Positions 52,697-61,972 of a DNA stretch of 64,000 nucleotides are shown piece after piece. Source of the DNA: an uncultured Candidatus Saccharibacteria bacterium (GTDB taxonomy: Bacteria; Patescibacteriota; Saccharimonadia; Saccharimonadales; JAUPVS01); contig CAYPFM010000001.1 in the NCBI GenBank assembly GCA_964410185.1, forward strand, positions 80,860 through 144,859, written 5' to 3'. Position numbers and translations under genes: made by a program. Every line of letters begins with the position of its first letter. Within the stretch, counting starts at the first letter, position 1. The notes below the pieces were generated by a model. That model worked only from the letters and a program-made list of their open reading frames with translations. It did not search any database and had not been told where the DNA came from.

Positions 52697-52992
52697 GAGT
52701 GACGAATCAAACCCTGAACTTCTTCCCAGGGTAATTGGCCGGTTAAGATGATCGTGTTCCAATGCTTTTTATTGAGGTGGTAGCCCGGTAAAACCGTTTC
52801 GTACTTCTGGCGTAATGTTTCGGCCAACTGGGGGTCGCACTTAAGACTCAGCCGTAACGGATTAGTCTTCTCGCTAATAAGGGCAAACATTTTCTCGCCA
52901 GACTTATAGACCGCCACGTCTTCGCCAAAAGGATAGTCGAGACGGGCGTTGGGCATGCTCAAAATGTAGTCTTCTACGGTTTTGTGATCCAT
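52675..52992 (-). CDS. MmcQ/YjbR-family protein
   Basis: It has YILSMPNARLDYPFGEDVAVYKSGEKMFALI...LNKKHWNTI. I trimmed the start to MDHKTV. Confidence 0.7.
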   Translation of the reverse strand: MDHKTVEDYILSMPNARLDYPFGEDVAVYKSGEKMFALISEKTNPLRLSLKCDPQLAETLRQKYETVLPGYHLNKKHWNTIILTGQLPWEEVQGLIRHSYELIAG

Positions 52993-52993
52993 C

Positions 52994-53629
52994 TCAGATA
53001 GTATCGAGTAGTTTAGGTAATTCTTCAAGTGCGTCGATGATGTAGTCTGCCTTAGCTGCTTCTAGCATTTCTTTAGTACCAAAGCCATGAGTGATTCCAA
53101 TCGTGATAGGAACGCCGGCCTCCTTGGCGGCTATAATATCTGCCGCCAAGTCACCCACCATCACCGCATCGACCGCCGCACAACCAAGCCTTTCTAAGGC
53201 CAACAAAACTGGTTCGGGATGAGGTTTGCGTTCTTGCGTATCAGCACTGCCGACATAGACATCGAACAGATGGTCCAGGCCAGCGTCCTGAAGTGCCTTT
53301 TCGCCGGTTGTAGCCGAGGTTACGACACCCAGTTTATAACCCAGGCCGTGCAATGTCTTAAGCACCTTTGGAGCAGCCTCATACATCTTGATTTGCGGCC
53401 GGAATTGCTCGAGCTTATCGCGAAAAGTAGTTTGAAAATCCTCTTCTGCAACATGGCTAGCCAGCTCTCGGCGGACGGACTCATGGTAGTGCACATGCGG
53501 CATAATTTCCTCTCGCGTGGCTGTTACGCCATGCTCATGTAGGGCATGTTCTGTAGCTGGCCAAATGGCTTCTCGACTATCGCGCAGGGTGCCGTCCATA
53601 TCGAAAAGGACAACTTTAGGTCTAGTCAC
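52994..53629 (-). CDS. HAD-superfamily hydrolase (phosphoglycolate-phosphatase-like)
   Basis: Motif I is VVLFDMDGTLRDS, motif II is VVTSA and motif IV is VGDLAADI. Confidence 0.8.
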   Translation of the reverse strand: MTRPKVVLFDMDGTLRDSREAIWPATEHALHEHGVTATREEIMPHVHYHESVRRELASHVAEEDFQTTFRDKLEQFRPQIKMYEAAPKVLKTLHGLGYKLGVVTSATTGEKALQDAGLDHLFDVYVGSADTQERKPHPEPVLLALERLGCAAVDAVMVGDLAADIIAAKEAGVPITIGITHGFGTKEMLEAAKADYIIDALEELPKLLDTI

Positions 53630-54176
53630 TCTTTTTGAACCAATCTAGATAGTGTTGAAGCTCGGCAATGCTGGCTTGGATATCTTCGAAAGCACGGTGA
53701 ACTTCTGGCTTTTCAAAATCAACGCCATAGCGCGCCTGCATAACCATCTTAAAGCTGGTAACGTCGAGCATGCGGTAGTGCAGTTTTAGATCCAGTGATG
53801 GCATCCACTCTTTAATGAAGGCTCGATCACTATGGATCGAGTTGCCGGCCAAGACGGCAGGTTCGTTGCCAAAGTGTTGCTGCAAGAGTGCCACCATTTC
53901 TTCTTCGATCTGTTCAAGTGGCTTACCGTCGCCGGCTTTGCGAACAAATTCATCACGGTTCTCTGGGTAATCGTTGTACCAAACATTGGCCTGCAACAAA
54001 CGAGCGACGAGGTCTCGAGGGTGTTTTACACGAGCTTCATAACTTGCGATTGTCTTAAATTCAAAGTCGGTAATTTCGGCTGCGATTTCGAGGATAACAT
54101 CCTTGTGAGCATCAAGACCAGTCATCTCCAGGTCAACCCACAGAATCTTGGTTGGAATCTTGTTCTTGTCTATCAT
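53622..54176 (-). CDS. orn: Oligoribonuclease
   Basis: It has ILWVDLEMTGLD (ExoI), LAGNSIHSDRAFI (ExoII) and HRAFEDIQASIAEL (ExoIII). Confidence 0.85.
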   Translation of the reverse strand: MIDKNKIPTKILWVDLEMTGLDAHKDVILEIAAEITDFEFKTIASYEARVKHPRDLVARLLQANVWYNDYPENRDEFVRKAGDGKPLEQIEEEMVALLQQHFGNEPAVLAGNSIHSDRAFIKEWMPSLDLKLHYRMLDVTSFKMVMQARYGVDFEKPEVHRAFEDIQASIAELQHYLDWFKKSD

Positions 54177-54270
54177 TACTGTTTATTATACAGTTTTCTG
54201 CTCGGCTGTCCCCTTTTTACTCTTGTCATAAGCAATTTTGCTGCGCACCTATATCTGCTATGGTACCTGC

Positions 54271-54747
54271 ATGTCCGCATTTGAGCACCTCCGTCAACTA
54301 TCCGGTCGCACCGAACAAAAGCAACAGCTGCTCGACCGTGTTGTATTATTCAGCGGCTTCATCCTGCAATCCGACTCGCCGCACCAAGCATTTTGGTTAC
54401 CCGAACTACATCGCAAAACAAAGGCGGTGGCCCGCATGACCTTTGGCCCATCGGCCATCATTCAGTCCGTACACCGCCTCCAGGACGCCGATCGAATTGC
54501 CCGAATGCCCCAGCCCGAGCCAGCCCCAGATTGTTGGCATAGCGCCGAAGCCGGTGGACCTCGCCATCTAACCATTCCAGGTATTCAGGACATTGTGACC
54601 GCGTATTGCGCCAACGCTGTTGGCGAGCTAGACCCTGTAATGACAGCCATGCCTGACACGATTGCCCAAAGATTCGAAGCTCATATCGACACGGCGAGCG
54701 CCCTCATGGCTAAGCTCTCCCCGAGTCGACATGATATAAACCAGTAG
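54271..54747 (+). CDS. Hypothetical protein
   Basis: The ORF has an ATG at 54271 (MSAFEHLRQL...). I recognised no motif and the start is uncertain. Confidence 0.4.
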   Translation: MSAFEHLRQLSGRTEQKQQLLDRVVLFSGFILQSDSPHQAFWLPELHRKTKAVARMTFGPSAIIQSVHRLQDADRIARMPQPEPAPDCWHSAEAGGPRHLTIPGIQDIVTAYCANAVGELDPVMTAMPDTIAQRFEAHIDTASALMAKLSPSRHDINQ

Positions 54748-54754
54748 GCTTTAT

Positions 54755-55135
54755 CTAGTTTTTGGGCTCAAAGCCCAGGGCTACCGAGTTTATGCAAAAC
54801 CGCTGCCCGGTCGGTGTTTGCGGGGCATCATCAAAAACATGCCCCAGGTGGCTGCCACAATTAGCACAGACAACTTCCGTGCGTTGCATACCCAATGACC
54901 CGTCGTTCACCAATTTGACAGCCTTGTTGTCCTTGGCCTCGTAAAAACTTGGCCATCCACTTCCCGAGTCAAACTTGGCGGTACTACTAAAAATTTCCTG
55001 GCCACAGGCACCGCAGGTGTACATTCCAGTTGCCTCGTTATGCAGAAGCTTGCCCGTAAACGGTGCTTCCGTCCCCTTTTCGCGCAGAACTTTGTACTGC
55101 TCAGGGGTTAACTTGGCTTGCCAGTCGTCAGCCAC
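54755..55135 (-). CDS. msrB: Peptide methionine (R)-S-oxide reductase
   Basis: It has [13 protein letters not shown]...GWPSF...[21 protein letters not shown]. Confidence 0.95.
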   Translation of the reverse strand: MADDWQAKLTPEQYKVLREKGTEAPFTGKLLHNEATGMYTCGACGQEIFSSTAKFDSGSGWPSFYEAKDNKAVKLVNDGSLGMQRTEVVCANCGSHLGHVFDDAPQTPTGQRFCINSVALGFEPKN

Positions 55136-55137
55136 AA

Positions 55138-55566
55138 CTATTTCTTCGCGTCTTTATCTTTTTTCTTGTCCAGACGATCGAGCTTGAGTCCCTTCACGAC
55201 GTAGTACACAATTGCCGCCACGATTATAAAGCTAATAAATTGCATCAGGAACGCGCCCCAGGTAAACACGGCTGTTTTGGCCCCAACAGTAACCCGCAGG
55301 GTCTTAGTCGCAAGATCGCCATTACCGGGCAGCAAAAGCCCTAGGATTGGATTCACAAAACTAATGACAAAAGAGTCTACCAACGTTTTTATCTGAGCAC
55401 CGAGCACAATACCAATGGCCAAGCCAACCACACCCTGTTCACGAATAAAGTCGACGAAGCCCTGGAAAGGCGCCATCACTTTTGGCACTTTGATTGCCGG
55501 AAAAGTTATGTAGTCAGCATCTTCGCTTCTTGCCTTGCTCGCCCGCGTACTTTTGGATTCTGCCAT
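55138..55566 (-). CDS. mscL: Large-conductance mechanosensitive channel
   Basis: It has [34 protein letters not shown] and a second [17 protein letters not shown]. The true start may be the internal MAPFQGF. Confidence 0.9.
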   Translation of the reverse strand: MAESKSTRASKARSEDADYITFPAIKVPKVMAPFQGFVDFIREQGVVGLAIGIVLGAQIKTLVDSFVISFVNPILGLLLPGNGDLATKTLRVTVGAKTAVFTWGAFLMQFISFIIVAAIVYYVVKGLKLDRLDKKKDKDAKK

Positions 55567-55627
55567 AAATTTCTTCCTTTACTAGGTACTTATTGTACCT
55601 GTCTTGCAAGCCAACACCAAGCGCTGG

Positions 55628-57295
55628 CTATATCTGCTCAGGGGCAGGTATGTTAAGAAGACCCAAGCCATTTTTTAGTGTGCCGGCGTAGGCCTGGACT
55701 AAGCCCAGTCGTTCGGCTTCCCGCTTATCACCAATCACTCGGTTGTTCTCATAAAAACGGTTAAAAACCTGGGCTAGTTCGTATAGGTAGGTGCAGATGT
55801 GATGCGGGCTGAGTTCCTTGGTTGCCTGTTCGACCACCTCTGGGTATTCACTCAGTTTGCGAACCAAACTACGTTCACCTTGGTTGAAGTCCGCTGCCGT
55901 GACAGTACCGACTGCAGCCGTCTTTGCGAGAATAGATCGCGCGCGAGCATGGGCGTACTGAAGGTATGGCCCGCTATTCCCTTGCAAGCTTACTGACTCA
56001 TTAATATCAAAAGCGATATCTCCACCCAGACGGTGTTTTAGAAAAGCGTACTTGAGGGCGCCAAAAATAATCTCCTGTCGCAATTGATCACTGGACGCGT
56101 CAACCACCTTCTCGACAGCCGCAATAGCGTCGGCCGCCCGCATAACATTACCTAAGCGAGAGCTCATCTTCTTGCCATCGCCAAAAAGCACGGTTCCGTT
56201 CGCCAGGTGCTTTTGCTTGGACGCCAAGTCGGTATCGATCTGGCCAAGTGCCGCAAAAACCACTTTCATGTACTCAGACTGGTCATTACCCGTCATAACC
56301 ACCCTTGTGTCGTAGGTAAAATCCTTCACTTCAGAGAAGATAACGCCCAGATCTTTGGCTTCATAGGTAGGCAGGCCAGCCGAGGTCACAAAGACGCGAG
56401 TGTGCGTTCCATACTCTTCGCCCTTAAAAACAATCGCCCCTTCACTTTCGACAAAAATTGTTCCAGTGTTTTCTTTTACCACCTGTAAACCAGGCTGAAT
56501 CGTCGAACTCTCGGGATAAAACTTATCAAAAGGTGCTACTTTAAGCTGCTCGTAGAAGCTTTTGAAATAGTCATAGCTCCATTCCCTGCACTGCCAATAT
56601 ATTTGCGCCAAGGCGCCATCGTGGTTATCTTCGGCATGGAGCCCGTAAATCACACTATTGAGCTCACCAATTTCACGCTTTGCTTTTGGATCATCTTCGT
56701 ATGCCGCCGCGCCCTTGACGTAAGCTTTACTGAGCCAGCCAGCTCGTTCCGGCGTTTTTATTTGGCCCAGCTTTGCGGGATGCTCACCGCCCAGTTCGTC
56801 TAATATGCCCCAGAGGCACTTGGCCACATGCAAACCAACATCTCCGCCAAAGTTAGCTCGATAGACCGTGGCACCACTGGCTGCCATCAAACGGCCCAAA
56901 ACGTCACCCACAATTGTCTGATACAAGTGACCCGTGTGTAGTTCCTTAAAGGCATTGGGATTCGAGTACTCAAGCAGAACTTTTTTACCCGACAGAAGCG
57001 CTTGCGGCTGACTGGTTGCTGCTTCCCACAAAACCCCATCGGCCACAAAAATATTCAAAAAGCCCGGACCAGCTACTTCGATTTTACTAATGGAGCCGTC
57101 GTTATGAGCCTCTAGGTAGGCCTTAATTTGCTCACCAACTTGGCGCGGTTGCTGCTTAAGTTCCTTGGCGAGCTGCAGAGCGACATTACACGCAAAATCA
57201 CCGAATTGTTCATCCGGGCGAGTTAGTTGTGGCTGCACGGTGATGCCAAAAAGCTCGTCACAAGCCGTCGTTATGAGCTCCTCAAGATACGTCAT
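55628..57295 (-). CDS. argS: Arginine--tRNA ligase
   Basis: The 555-aa product has the class I HIGH-type motif (PNAFKELHTGHL) and a KMSSR-like motif (GKKMSSRLGN). Confidence 0.95.
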   Translation of the reverse strand: MTYLEELITTACDELFGITVQPQLTRPDEQFGDFACNVALQLAKELKQQPRQVGEQIKAYLEAHNDGSISKIEVAGPGFLNIFVADGVLWEAATSQPQALLSGKKVLLEYSNPNAFKELHTGHLYQTIVGDVLGRLMAASGATVYRANFGGDVGLHVAKCLWGILDELGGEHPAKLGQIKTPERAGWLSKAYVKGAAAYEDDPKAKREIGELNSVIYGLHAEDNHDGALAQIYWQCREWSYDYFKSFYEQLKVAPFDKFYPESSTIQPGLQVVKENTGTIFVESEGAIVFKGEEYGTHTRVFVTSAGLPTYEAKDLGVIFSEVKDFTYDTRVVMTGNDQSEYMKVVFAALGQIDTDLASKQKHLANGTVLFGDGKKMSSRLGNVMRAADAIAAVEKVVDASSDQLRQEIIFGALKYAFLKHRLGGDIAFDINESVSLQGNSGPYLQYAHARARSILAKTAAVGTVTAADFNQGERSLVRKLSEYPEVVEQATKELSPHHICTYLYELAQVFNRFYENNRVIGDKREAERLGLVQAYAGTLKNGLGLLNIPAPEQI

Positions 57296-57325
57296 GCTAA
57301 CTAGTATAACAGATTAGCCTGGTGC

Positions 57326-58003
57326 TTAATGACGATTTTGGTTGGCGAGTTTGACCAGCTGATAGCTGACCGCGTAGACGCTCATCAGCAACACGAACAC
57401 CATGGCGGTGGTTGTAAAAACCTGAGGATGCCCCGATGGGTTCAGAAACGGCTCCGAAACATCAAAGATGAGGCCAGCTGGGTTAACCAAAATGTCCCAG
57501 CTGTTCCAGCGTAAGTAGCGACCGAGATAAATCGCAAAACTACAGAGGAGCAGCACGCCTGCCACCAAGCCGTAACTAGCCCGCGGGCTCAAACGCTTTT
57601 TAAGTTCCTGATGGATACCAAATAAACCAAGATACCCCAGTACAAAACCATTAAATGTGAACGACAGGAACATCACGACGTCATATAACAGGCTAACAGC
57701 CCCCGTCTCGGTCAGGTGAATGATGTCACTGGCAATATAAAAGGCGTTGGGCAAAAAACCAATCCACAGCGCAGTTAGTACCAAATTGCCGAAACTCAGC
57801 CAAGGCTTCGTGCGCAACCGAGCAATCAGCCACCAAGCCAAGCCAAGTGGTACCCAAGCTAAAACTAGATTCCAGGCTAGAAACCAGTAAGTCGGTTGTT
57901 GACTGGCAATCATGCGGGCGGCTAACAGGCCGACGCTAACGGCGCTGGATAGCCCCAGTGTTACGAGCAGTTGCTGGCGAATTCGCCGCTGGTTTACTCC
58001 CAT
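57326..58003 (-). CDS. DUF1361-like polytopic membrane protein
   Basis: YWFLAWNLVLAWVPLGLAWW is characteristic of the family, and the protein has multiple TM helices. Confidence 0.55.
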   Translation of the reverse strand: MGVNQRRIRQQLLVTLGLSSAVSVGLLAARMIASQQPTYWFLAWNLVLAWVPLGLAWWLIARLRTKPWLSFGNLVLTALWIGFLPNAFYIASDIIHLTETGAVSLLYDVVMFLSFTFNGFVLGYLGLFGIHQELKKRLSPRASYGLVAGVLLLCSFAIYLGRYLRWNSWDILVNPAGLIFDVSEPFLNPSGHPQVFTTTAMVFVLLMSVYAVSYQLVKLANQNRH

Positions 58004-58057
58004 GGTTTTTCTATTATATCAACTAACAGAGGTAACAAGTAGGTTATAATAAACTCA

Positions 58058-58702
58058 ATGCAGTTAATCAATTCATTCCTCGAGGCTTTGAGAAATATCG
58101 TCCGTGGCGTTATCCGTCCGATCGCGCACCTACTCAACAAAGCAACCGGAGGACGCTTGAACCCCAACGTCATCACCCTCTTTGGTTTTGCCATGCATAT
58201 CCCCATCGCTCTGCTAATTGCAAAGGGGTACTTCATCTACGCGGCTATTGCCCTTGCCTTCTTCGGTCTATTTGACGCTTTAGACGGCGCGCTGGCCCGC
58301 GAGCAAAATCGCTCTAGCAAATTCGGTATGCTCCTAGACTCAGTGACCGACAAAATGAAAGAAGCCATCCTCTATATTGGAGTCGGCTACTTCTTTGTAT
58401 GGTCGGGGCGACCCTATATGGCCGTATGGGCAATTGTCGCCTGTGGCGCCGGGCTTTTGGTTAGTTACGTCAACGCCTGGGGTGAAGTTGTAACCAAAGA
58501 TATGAAGAGCTCAGCCGAAACCAATAAAGCCTTTCGGGGCGGCCTCATGAGCTTTGATATCCGTATGTTTTCACTTGTTGTTGGCCTAGCCATCAATCAA
58601 TTGCCAGCCGCCATTATTATCATCGCGGTTTTGTCTTGGGTCACCGCAATTGAACGCCTGATTCGGATTAGCCACCTTATTCATCGCCATGCTCAAAGCT
58701 GA
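58058..58702 (+). CDS. CDP-alcohol phosphatidyltransferase
   Basis: It matches the signature D-x2-D-G-x2-A-R-x8-G-x3-D-x3-D perfectly: DALDGALAREQNRSSKFGMLLDSVTD. Confidence 0.85.
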   Translation: MQLINSFLEALRNIVRGVIRPIAHLLNKATGGRLNPNVITLFGFAMHIPIALLIAKGYFIYAAIALAFFGLFDALDGALAREQNRSSKFGMLLDSVTDKMKEAILYIGVGYFFVWSGRPYMAVWAIVACGAGLLVSYVNAWGEVVTKDMKSSAETNKAFRGGLMSFDIRMFSLVVGLAINQLPAAIIIIAVLSWVTAIERLIRISHLIHRHAQS

Positions 58703-59339
58703 TTTTCACACCCACTCCGTCGCCTCCCCCGATGGCGGGATTAGTGCCGAAGATTACCGCCAACTCCTCGACCGCGGCCAGCTTGATTACATCGCCATTA
58801 CCGATCACAACCGGATCGACTTCGCTCAGCAGATGCATCAAGAGTTGGGTGACAAAATCATCATTGGCGAAGAAGTAATGACTAGCGAGGGTGAACTCAT
58901 CGGCTTGTTCTTAACCAAATTAGTTGAGCCGGGTCAAACTGCCCGGAAGACGGCCGAAGCAATTCGGGATCAGGGCGGTATCGTCTACCTGCCCCACCCT
59001 TTTGAAACCATCCGTCACGGTGTCCAGGCCGAGACGTTAGACAAAATGCCCAAGCTCATCGATGTAGTGGAGGCACACAACGGACGGGCCGTTCTCCAGA
59101 ATCGCAGCCCGCAGGCCCTCACTTGGGCAACCCTCCACAAAAAACCAACTGCCGCCAGCAGTGACGCACATGGCGCCAAAGGCGTCGGTCACACCTATAC
59201 GGTCGTCGGGCAACCGCTCACCAAAGACACCCTGCAGTCCCTAATCACCCAAGCAGAGCTTGTGCACGCTCGACCGCCTCTCATTAGCTTGACCTACCCT
59301 AAAATTAATCGACTCAAAAATAAACTGAGGGCCCGCTGA
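58689..59339 (+). CDS. PHP-domain metal-dependent phosphoesterase
   Basis: It has ADFHTHS, ITDHN, YLPHPF and SSDAHG motifs. It overlaps the upstream gene by 14 nt. Confidence 0.75.
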   Translation: MLKADFHTHSVASPDGGISAEDYRQLLDRGQLDYIAITDHNRIDFAQQMHQELGDKIIIGEEVMTSEGELIGLFLTKLVEPGQTARKTAEAIRDQGGIVYLPHPFETIRHGVQAETLDKMPKLIDVVEAHNGRAVLQNRSPQALTWATLHKKPTAASSDAHGAKGVGHTYTVVGQPLTKDTLQSLITQAELVHARPPLISLTYPKINRLKNKLRAR

Positions 59340-59860
59340 TGCACGACTGGCTAATGGCGATTTTGTTCTTCCTGCCGGCTGGTGTCGCCAACGCCACGCC
59401 TGTTGTTGCTAATCGTATTCCGTTGATTAATAAGTGGGTTACCCCGATGGATTTTGGCTTGAGCTGGCGCGGCAAACGCCTACTTGGCAGTAATAAAACC
59501 TGGCGCGGCGTTGTTACGGGCACGTGCCTAGCTGGGCTAACTGGGCTACTGCTCTATCCGCTTACTAACACGACAGAAACTCGCTGGGAGATAGTTGGCC
59601 TTAGTTTGCTGATGGGATTTGGCGCCCTGCTTGGCGACGCCTTTGAGAGTTTTCTGAAGCGCCAACGGGGCGTTCCTGCCGGCCATAGCTGGTTCCCGTT
59701 TGACCAGATTGACTACATTATTGGTGGCCTCCTGGTAATCCTACCCTTCTCGGAAATTTCTCTACGAACAGCCGGCGTGATTTTTGTAACTTACTTTGCA
59801 CTGCACTTAATTATTGCCTATAGCGCTTACAAGCTAGGGCTCAAGGACAAGCCAATCTAG
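59339..59860 (+). CDS. CDP-archaeol synthase (CarS/DUF46)-like CTP-dependent lipid cytidylyltransferase
   Basis: LPAGVANATPVVANRI...PMDFGLSWRGKRLLGSNKTWRGVVTG...GALLGDAFESFLKRQRG...FDQIDY closely follows my recollection of the archaeal CarS pattern. It overlaps the PHP gene stop as TGATG. Confidence 0.7.
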   Translation: MHDWLMAILFFLPAGVANATPVVANRIPLINKWVTPMDFGLSWRGKRLLGSNKTWRGVVTGTCLAGLTGLLLYPLTNTTETRWEIVGLSLLMGFGALLGDAFESFLKRQRGVPAGHSWFPFDQIDYIIGGLLVILPFSEISLRTAGVIFVTYFALHLIIAYSAYKLGLKDKPI

Positions 59861-60300
59861 GCTTCGCCGCGTTCTTTCTTGCGTTGGTCTGGCGTTTCGT
59901 CTGGGCGAGCATAATCATCTTCGAGCCGCCAGGTCGTACCAAGCTCGGGCGTCGAAACTTCGACGATATCACAATCAGTAACCCCCATCAGCCGGTGTTT
60001 TTGACCGACTTGGGTGCTGTAGCCCTGCCCCATTTGAAGCTCCGTCTCGATCAACTCACCCTTGTTATTTTCCCAGATAACCTTGGCTTGGCCACTGCTC
60101 AAGAACCAGCTCTCCTGTTTTTGATCATGGGCCTGAAGACTGAGGCGCGCTCCGGCATTAATATGCAGCAACTTCCCCATGTACGGCGCGTCCTCGGGCA
60201 CCCAGTGAATCTCATAGCCCCAGGGCTTATCGACGCGCTTGGCATAGGCCTGGTTCACAAAGTTGGTTGGGTCAAATTTTGGTGCATTGGTGTCTCCCAT
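59857..60300 (-). CDS. Cupin-domain protein (type II mannose-6-phosphate-isomerase-like)
   Basis: It has KPWGYEIHW...GKLLHINAGARLSLQAHDQKQESWFLSSGQAKV...GQKHRL. Confidence 0.6.
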   Translation of the reverse strand: MGDTNAPKFDPTNFVNQAYAKRVDKPWGYEIHWVPEDAPYMGKLLHINAGARLSLQAHDQKQESWFLSSGQAKVIWENNKGELIETELQMGQGYSTQVGQKHRLMGVTDCDIVEVSTPELGTTWRLEDDYARPDETPDQRKKERGEA

Positions 60301-60301
60301 C

Positions 60302-61339
60302 TTATGAGCCCAAAACCTGCTTGAACTTTTCGACTAAATCAACCGGTGCTGGGTTGAAACCATTCAGTAATGCTAAATAGATAGTTACGAAGTCGCCGAG
60401 TGCCGAAGTCCATAGTAACTGCTCGAGCAATGACTCACCCTCTACCGTCACCACGATTGGTTCTGGGCGCAGGCCCGACAGCAATTGGGCCGATACCTCG
60501 AACCGTCGCTGCACGCGTGGGTGCTCGAGATTGCTCCGAAGATCAATGACAGCATATGGCTTATCGACTGGTTGCTTGCTCCAACCAATAAACTCGTTGT
60601 GGTTGAACTCCGGGAGTTGGTTGGCCCAGGCGATTTGCTTGGCATTCTCATTGACGCTAATCTTCCACTTGTAAGCGGCTGGGAACAGTTTTGGACCACT
60701 GTAAACTACCACCGACTTACCCATCAACTCTTGGGCGATTTGCTTGGCTGGATTATCTTTTGTGGGCACATCGGCTCGCCACTTGGCCGTTGCTTGCTGT
60801 AAAAATTGGCCGGCCTGCTTGAGCGCTTCTTGGGTGCTATCGGCATTTAATAAGCCGGCTTTTTCGAGCAGAATCAATAAGGCTTTGAAGTTATACAACA
60901 CGGTGTAGCGAGGTTGAACCGCCTTGGGCAAAATAAGTAGCGGGTAATTCTTGGCCCGCGCCGCGGCTTCGAGTTTACCACCACCAGTAATAACGGCGAT
61001 TTGGAGCCCTTTGGCCTCGGCCTGCTGAAGCGTCTCTAGCGTTTCCTCAGTATTGCCCGAAACACTCACGCAAATCAATAATGTTTCCGGTGTCACATAG
61101 GCAGGCAAATCGTAACCCCGCACGACCTCAAATGGTTTGTTTACATTAGGCCAAGATTGGGCAACCAGCGCGGCAAGGGCTGACCCGCCCATACCGGTGT
61201 AAACAATATTATTAATCGTGTTGAATGTTGGCTCTGATGTAAACGTAAAGTCATGATCAAGTTGTTGCCATTGCTTCTCGACAATCCCCAGTGAATCCTG
61301 AGCGTCCTTTTCATGAATGTAGGCAAGATCGTCTAGCAT
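60302..61339 (-). CDS. Bifunctional phosphoglucose/phosphomannose isomerase-type SIS protein
   Basis: SIS motifs are YTGMGGSALAA and ICVSVSGNTEETL. The size of 345 aa is typical of the archaeal/bacterial PGI-PMI family. Confidence 0.7.
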   Translation of the reverse strand: MLDDLAYIHEKDAQDSLGIVEKQWQQLDHDFTFTSEPTFNTINNIVYTGMGGSALAALVAQSWPNVNKPFEVVRGYDLPAYVTPETLLICVSVSGNTEETLETLQQAEAKGLQIAVITGGGKLEAAARAKNYPLLILPKAVQPRYTVLYNFKALLILLEKAGLLNADSTQEALKQAGQFLQQATAKWRADVPTKDNPAKQIAQELMGKSVVVYSGPKLFPAAYKWKISVNENAKQIAWANQLPEFNHNEFIGWSKQPVDKPYAVIDLRSNLEHPRVQRRFEVSAQLLSGLRPEPIVVTVEGESLLEQLLWTSALGDFVTIYLALLNGFNPAPVDLVEKFKQVLGS

Positions 61340-61421
61340 AAAACCTCCACTTATTGTGTCTTTAGTATACGTTAAAGCTATGCTATAGTGCTTATAGTAA
61401 TCAAAAACAAGTTTTTAGGGG

Positions 61422-61970
61422 GTGGGCATGTTCGGTCAAGACGATCAAAACGACGATATTTCAACAGTAAATCCAACACTTAACGGGTCAGACACTTCAA
61501 CACCCGCAGTACCTGATACTCCTGCTGTTGAACCTGCAGCCGCGCCAACCAGTGATGTTGCCCCTACCGCTCAGGCTGTTCTCGCTGATAGTGCAGCCAC
61601 TGAACCTACACCAGCAGTGGCACCTGCCGAAGCCGCCCCAGCCGCAGCTCCTGCTGTCGAGACTACCCCTACTCCAGCAATCGCGGACCCCACTCCTGCT
61701 GTTACTCCTGCAACCGGCACCGATGAAACCGCCCTCCTAGCCCTTAAAAAACAAGCTCTCGAGGAACTATCTCCCCTCCTTGGTGAACTTGACCAAACAC
61801 CAGAAGAAAAGTTCAAGACGACCATGATGATGATTCAGGCTACGGACAGCTCCGCCCTTGTGACTTCTGCTCACGAAGCGGCTCTACAAATTACCGACGA
61901 AAAAGTTCGGGCGCAGGCTCTCCTTGATATCGTCAACGAGATTAATTACTTCACTCAACCAAAAGAATAG
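61422..61970 (+). CDS. Hypothetical protein with a Pro/Ala/Thr-rich N-terminal half
   Basis: It is a clean ORF preceded by the SD-like GGGGG. I recognised no motif. Confidence 0.45.
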   Translation: MGMFGQDDQNDDISTVNPTLNGSDTSTPAVPDTPAVEPAAAPTSDVAPTAQAVLADSAATEPTPAVAPAEAAPAAAPAVETTPTPAIADPTPAVTPATGTDETALLALKKQALEELSPLLGELDQTPEEKFKTTMMMIQATDSSALVTSAHEAALQITDEKVRAQALLDIVNEINYFTQPKE

Positions 61971-61972
61971 TT

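Noticed and set aside
57994-58236. 80-aa minus-strand ORF antisense to the start of the CDP-alcohol phosphatidyltransferase gene
   Set aside because: The plus-strand gene carries a perfect family signature. The antisense ORF has no motif and would overlap the start of the DUF1361-like gene.
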